The notes under the pieces were generated by a model. It worked only from the letters and a program-made list of their open reading frames with translations, had not been told where the DNA came from and searched no databases. A stretch of 63,150 nucleotides of DNA, counting the filler, from Klebsormidium nitens (taxonomy: Eukaryota > Plantae > Klebsormidiophyceae): assembly GCA_000708835.1 (NCBI GenBank). It is 8 parts of 8 records of this genome, joined end to end, with 100 filler letters (N's around TTAATTAATTAA, not from the genome) between each part and the next. Parts side by side here need not be neighbours in the genome. Positions count along the whole stretch, not along the records: positions 54,211 to 63,150 come from DF238219.1; 7 more parts are not named here. One strand, 5' to 3'. Shown here in pieces: positions 61,850 to 63,150 of the stretch (the stretch's first letter is position 1; each line of letters starts with the position of its first letter). Position numbers and translations under genes: made by a program.

Positions 61850-63002
61850 ATTGAAATACCGTACCTGTATTTGATTCCGGCAGCTTCGAAGCAAAATAGT
61901 TTATCATGAAACTTCTATTCCTTTCAGCAGGCTCGACGTTACCTGCTTAAACAACCATTATCGAATCATAATCGCCTCAAGATAATATCTGAATATTTCA
62001 GCCGGCCACATAATAAATTACTTGTCGCCGAAATCAAATACAGGTACGGTACGGCGTTGTTGGGAATGAATGATCGAATGATCAAGTTTAAACAATACAT
62101 ATCGAGTGTTCAGATTCTAGCGGCGCTAAAGCTATGTAGTTCGAGTGCTATGCTAGACTCAGTCAAATAGAGTTACACTCCTAGTCTAGGTCTACACTGA
62201 TAGCTTATAGGCTCAATTGACTGCGTATAACCAAATCCAAAAGTCTCGCGCATATCTAAATATCTATAGCTATTATCGAACCTACTCATTACGGAGGTTA
62301 CTCAATAGGGCATTCAGGTGTAACGCTGTAATCCGCAAGCATTTAGCGGATAACCGCTCATTACCGGTTATCGTCGAACTCTCGTCGACGTCACCCAAGA
62401 AATCGCGCACACTAAATGCCCGAATCTCAACACTTTCCCACACATTAATAACTTATGCAATTCCTATCTCGCTCTTGCACTTCTTTAACTTCCCTGGTGC
62501 TAACGCCTTGGTCATAATGTCCGCCTTCAATGTCCTCCGTCCTGCAGTACGCGAACGCAACCTCCTTGCATGCCACACACTCCCGTGCAAAGTGATGAAT
62601 TGCGTCAATGTGCTTCGAGCGCTGTGAAGCGATCGAATGCTTTAGAAGCCGTATTGCCCCTTGGTTGTCGCAGGAGATCTGGACCGTCCCAAAGTCAAAA
62701 TCTTCCCCGAGCTTGCGGAACCATAGCGCCTTCTTTACCGCTTGCGATGCGCTCATGGACTCCGCCTCTACTGTCGAGGTGCCACCGTTGGCTGCGGCCT
62801 ACTCGACCAGCTCACCGCCCCCCCGTACATCAGATAGACGTACGCCTTTGTGGACCGCTTTTTGTCCACGTCACCCGCGATCCGCATCGCAATAAGCGAT
62901 GAGAGTCTCTCCGCTCCCCCTAAAGGTTACCCCGTCCTTTGCGGTACCCGCTACGTAGCGCACAACTTCAAGCGCCGCCCGCCAGTGCTCCATTGTCGGC
63001 CC
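61850..63002 (-). mobile_element. Ty1/copia 3' end: RT C-terminus/RNase H (62445-63002), decayed PPT, 3' LTR family B (61850-62432)
   Basis: HWRAALEVVRY, AYCDAD, AVSWSS, STVEAE, CDNQGAI, SKHID..HHFARE; LTR start TGTTGAGA at 62432. Confidence 0.93.
61859..62049. mobile_element. Tc1/mariner-type MITE (TA TSD) nested in an LTR end
   Basis: TA|CCGTACCTGTATTTGATTCCGGC...GCCGAAATCAAATACAGGTACGG|TA, 24/25 inverted identity including TA. Removing it restores the family-B LTR end. Confidence 0.88.
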
Positions 63003-63150
63003 TGTTGAAACTCATGGTAGGGAGTCGTAGTGGGAGTTGAGTTTGTTGAGATTCACCTTGTAGGGGACTAGAATTGTGTGGTTTCACTCGTCATCGGGTC
63101 TTATCGTAGTTGCCCGGTGCTCATGCTCATCACACGTTGATGGCAGCCAT
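63003..63150 (-). mobile_element. Family-A LTR end nested in the copia RT (runs off the window)
   Basis: Reverse complement ends ...CCCGATGACGAGTG...CCATGAGTTTCAACA, as at 59161-59213. Confidence 0.85.

Noticed and set aside
57000-62000. Short ORFs in AT-richer intergenic DNA
   Set aside because: No domain motifs or consistent exon structure; explained as decayed repeats and LTRs.

Overview
Eukaryotic, intron-rich, TE-dense window with assembly gaps. Gene content (SLT-type SLC13/TrkA-C transporters, root-cap-domain protein, Cache-type histidine kinase, plant-type TatD) and element types suggest an early-diverging green-lineage genome such as a Klebsormidium-like streptophyte alga; this is inference. 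Host genes: one apparently intact 7-exon TatD-family nuclease (38676/38895-43783 +), a secreted PAN/Apple + root-cap (VWD-like) gene with one frameshift (27477-32168 +), two tandem SLT transporter pseudogenes, and a truncated membrane histidine kinase. Mobile DNA: two Ty3/gypsy elements, two Ty1/copia fragments, several LTRs and solo LTRs, and MITEs. The most notable feature is a spliced, mildly decayed DNA transposase (49782-53481 -). My manual translation aligns colinearly with the RAG1/Transib/Chapaev catalytic core (D, D, E plus CxxC and HxxxxH zinc ligands). It lies tail-to-tail with a second unknown gene, echoing the two-gene layout of ProtoRAG. Other observations: a Dam-like N6-adenine methyltransferase-like segment in a gypsy polyprotein, and introns built from serial decaying copies of adjacent exon edges. 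All homology calls come from manual motif recognition; no searches were run.
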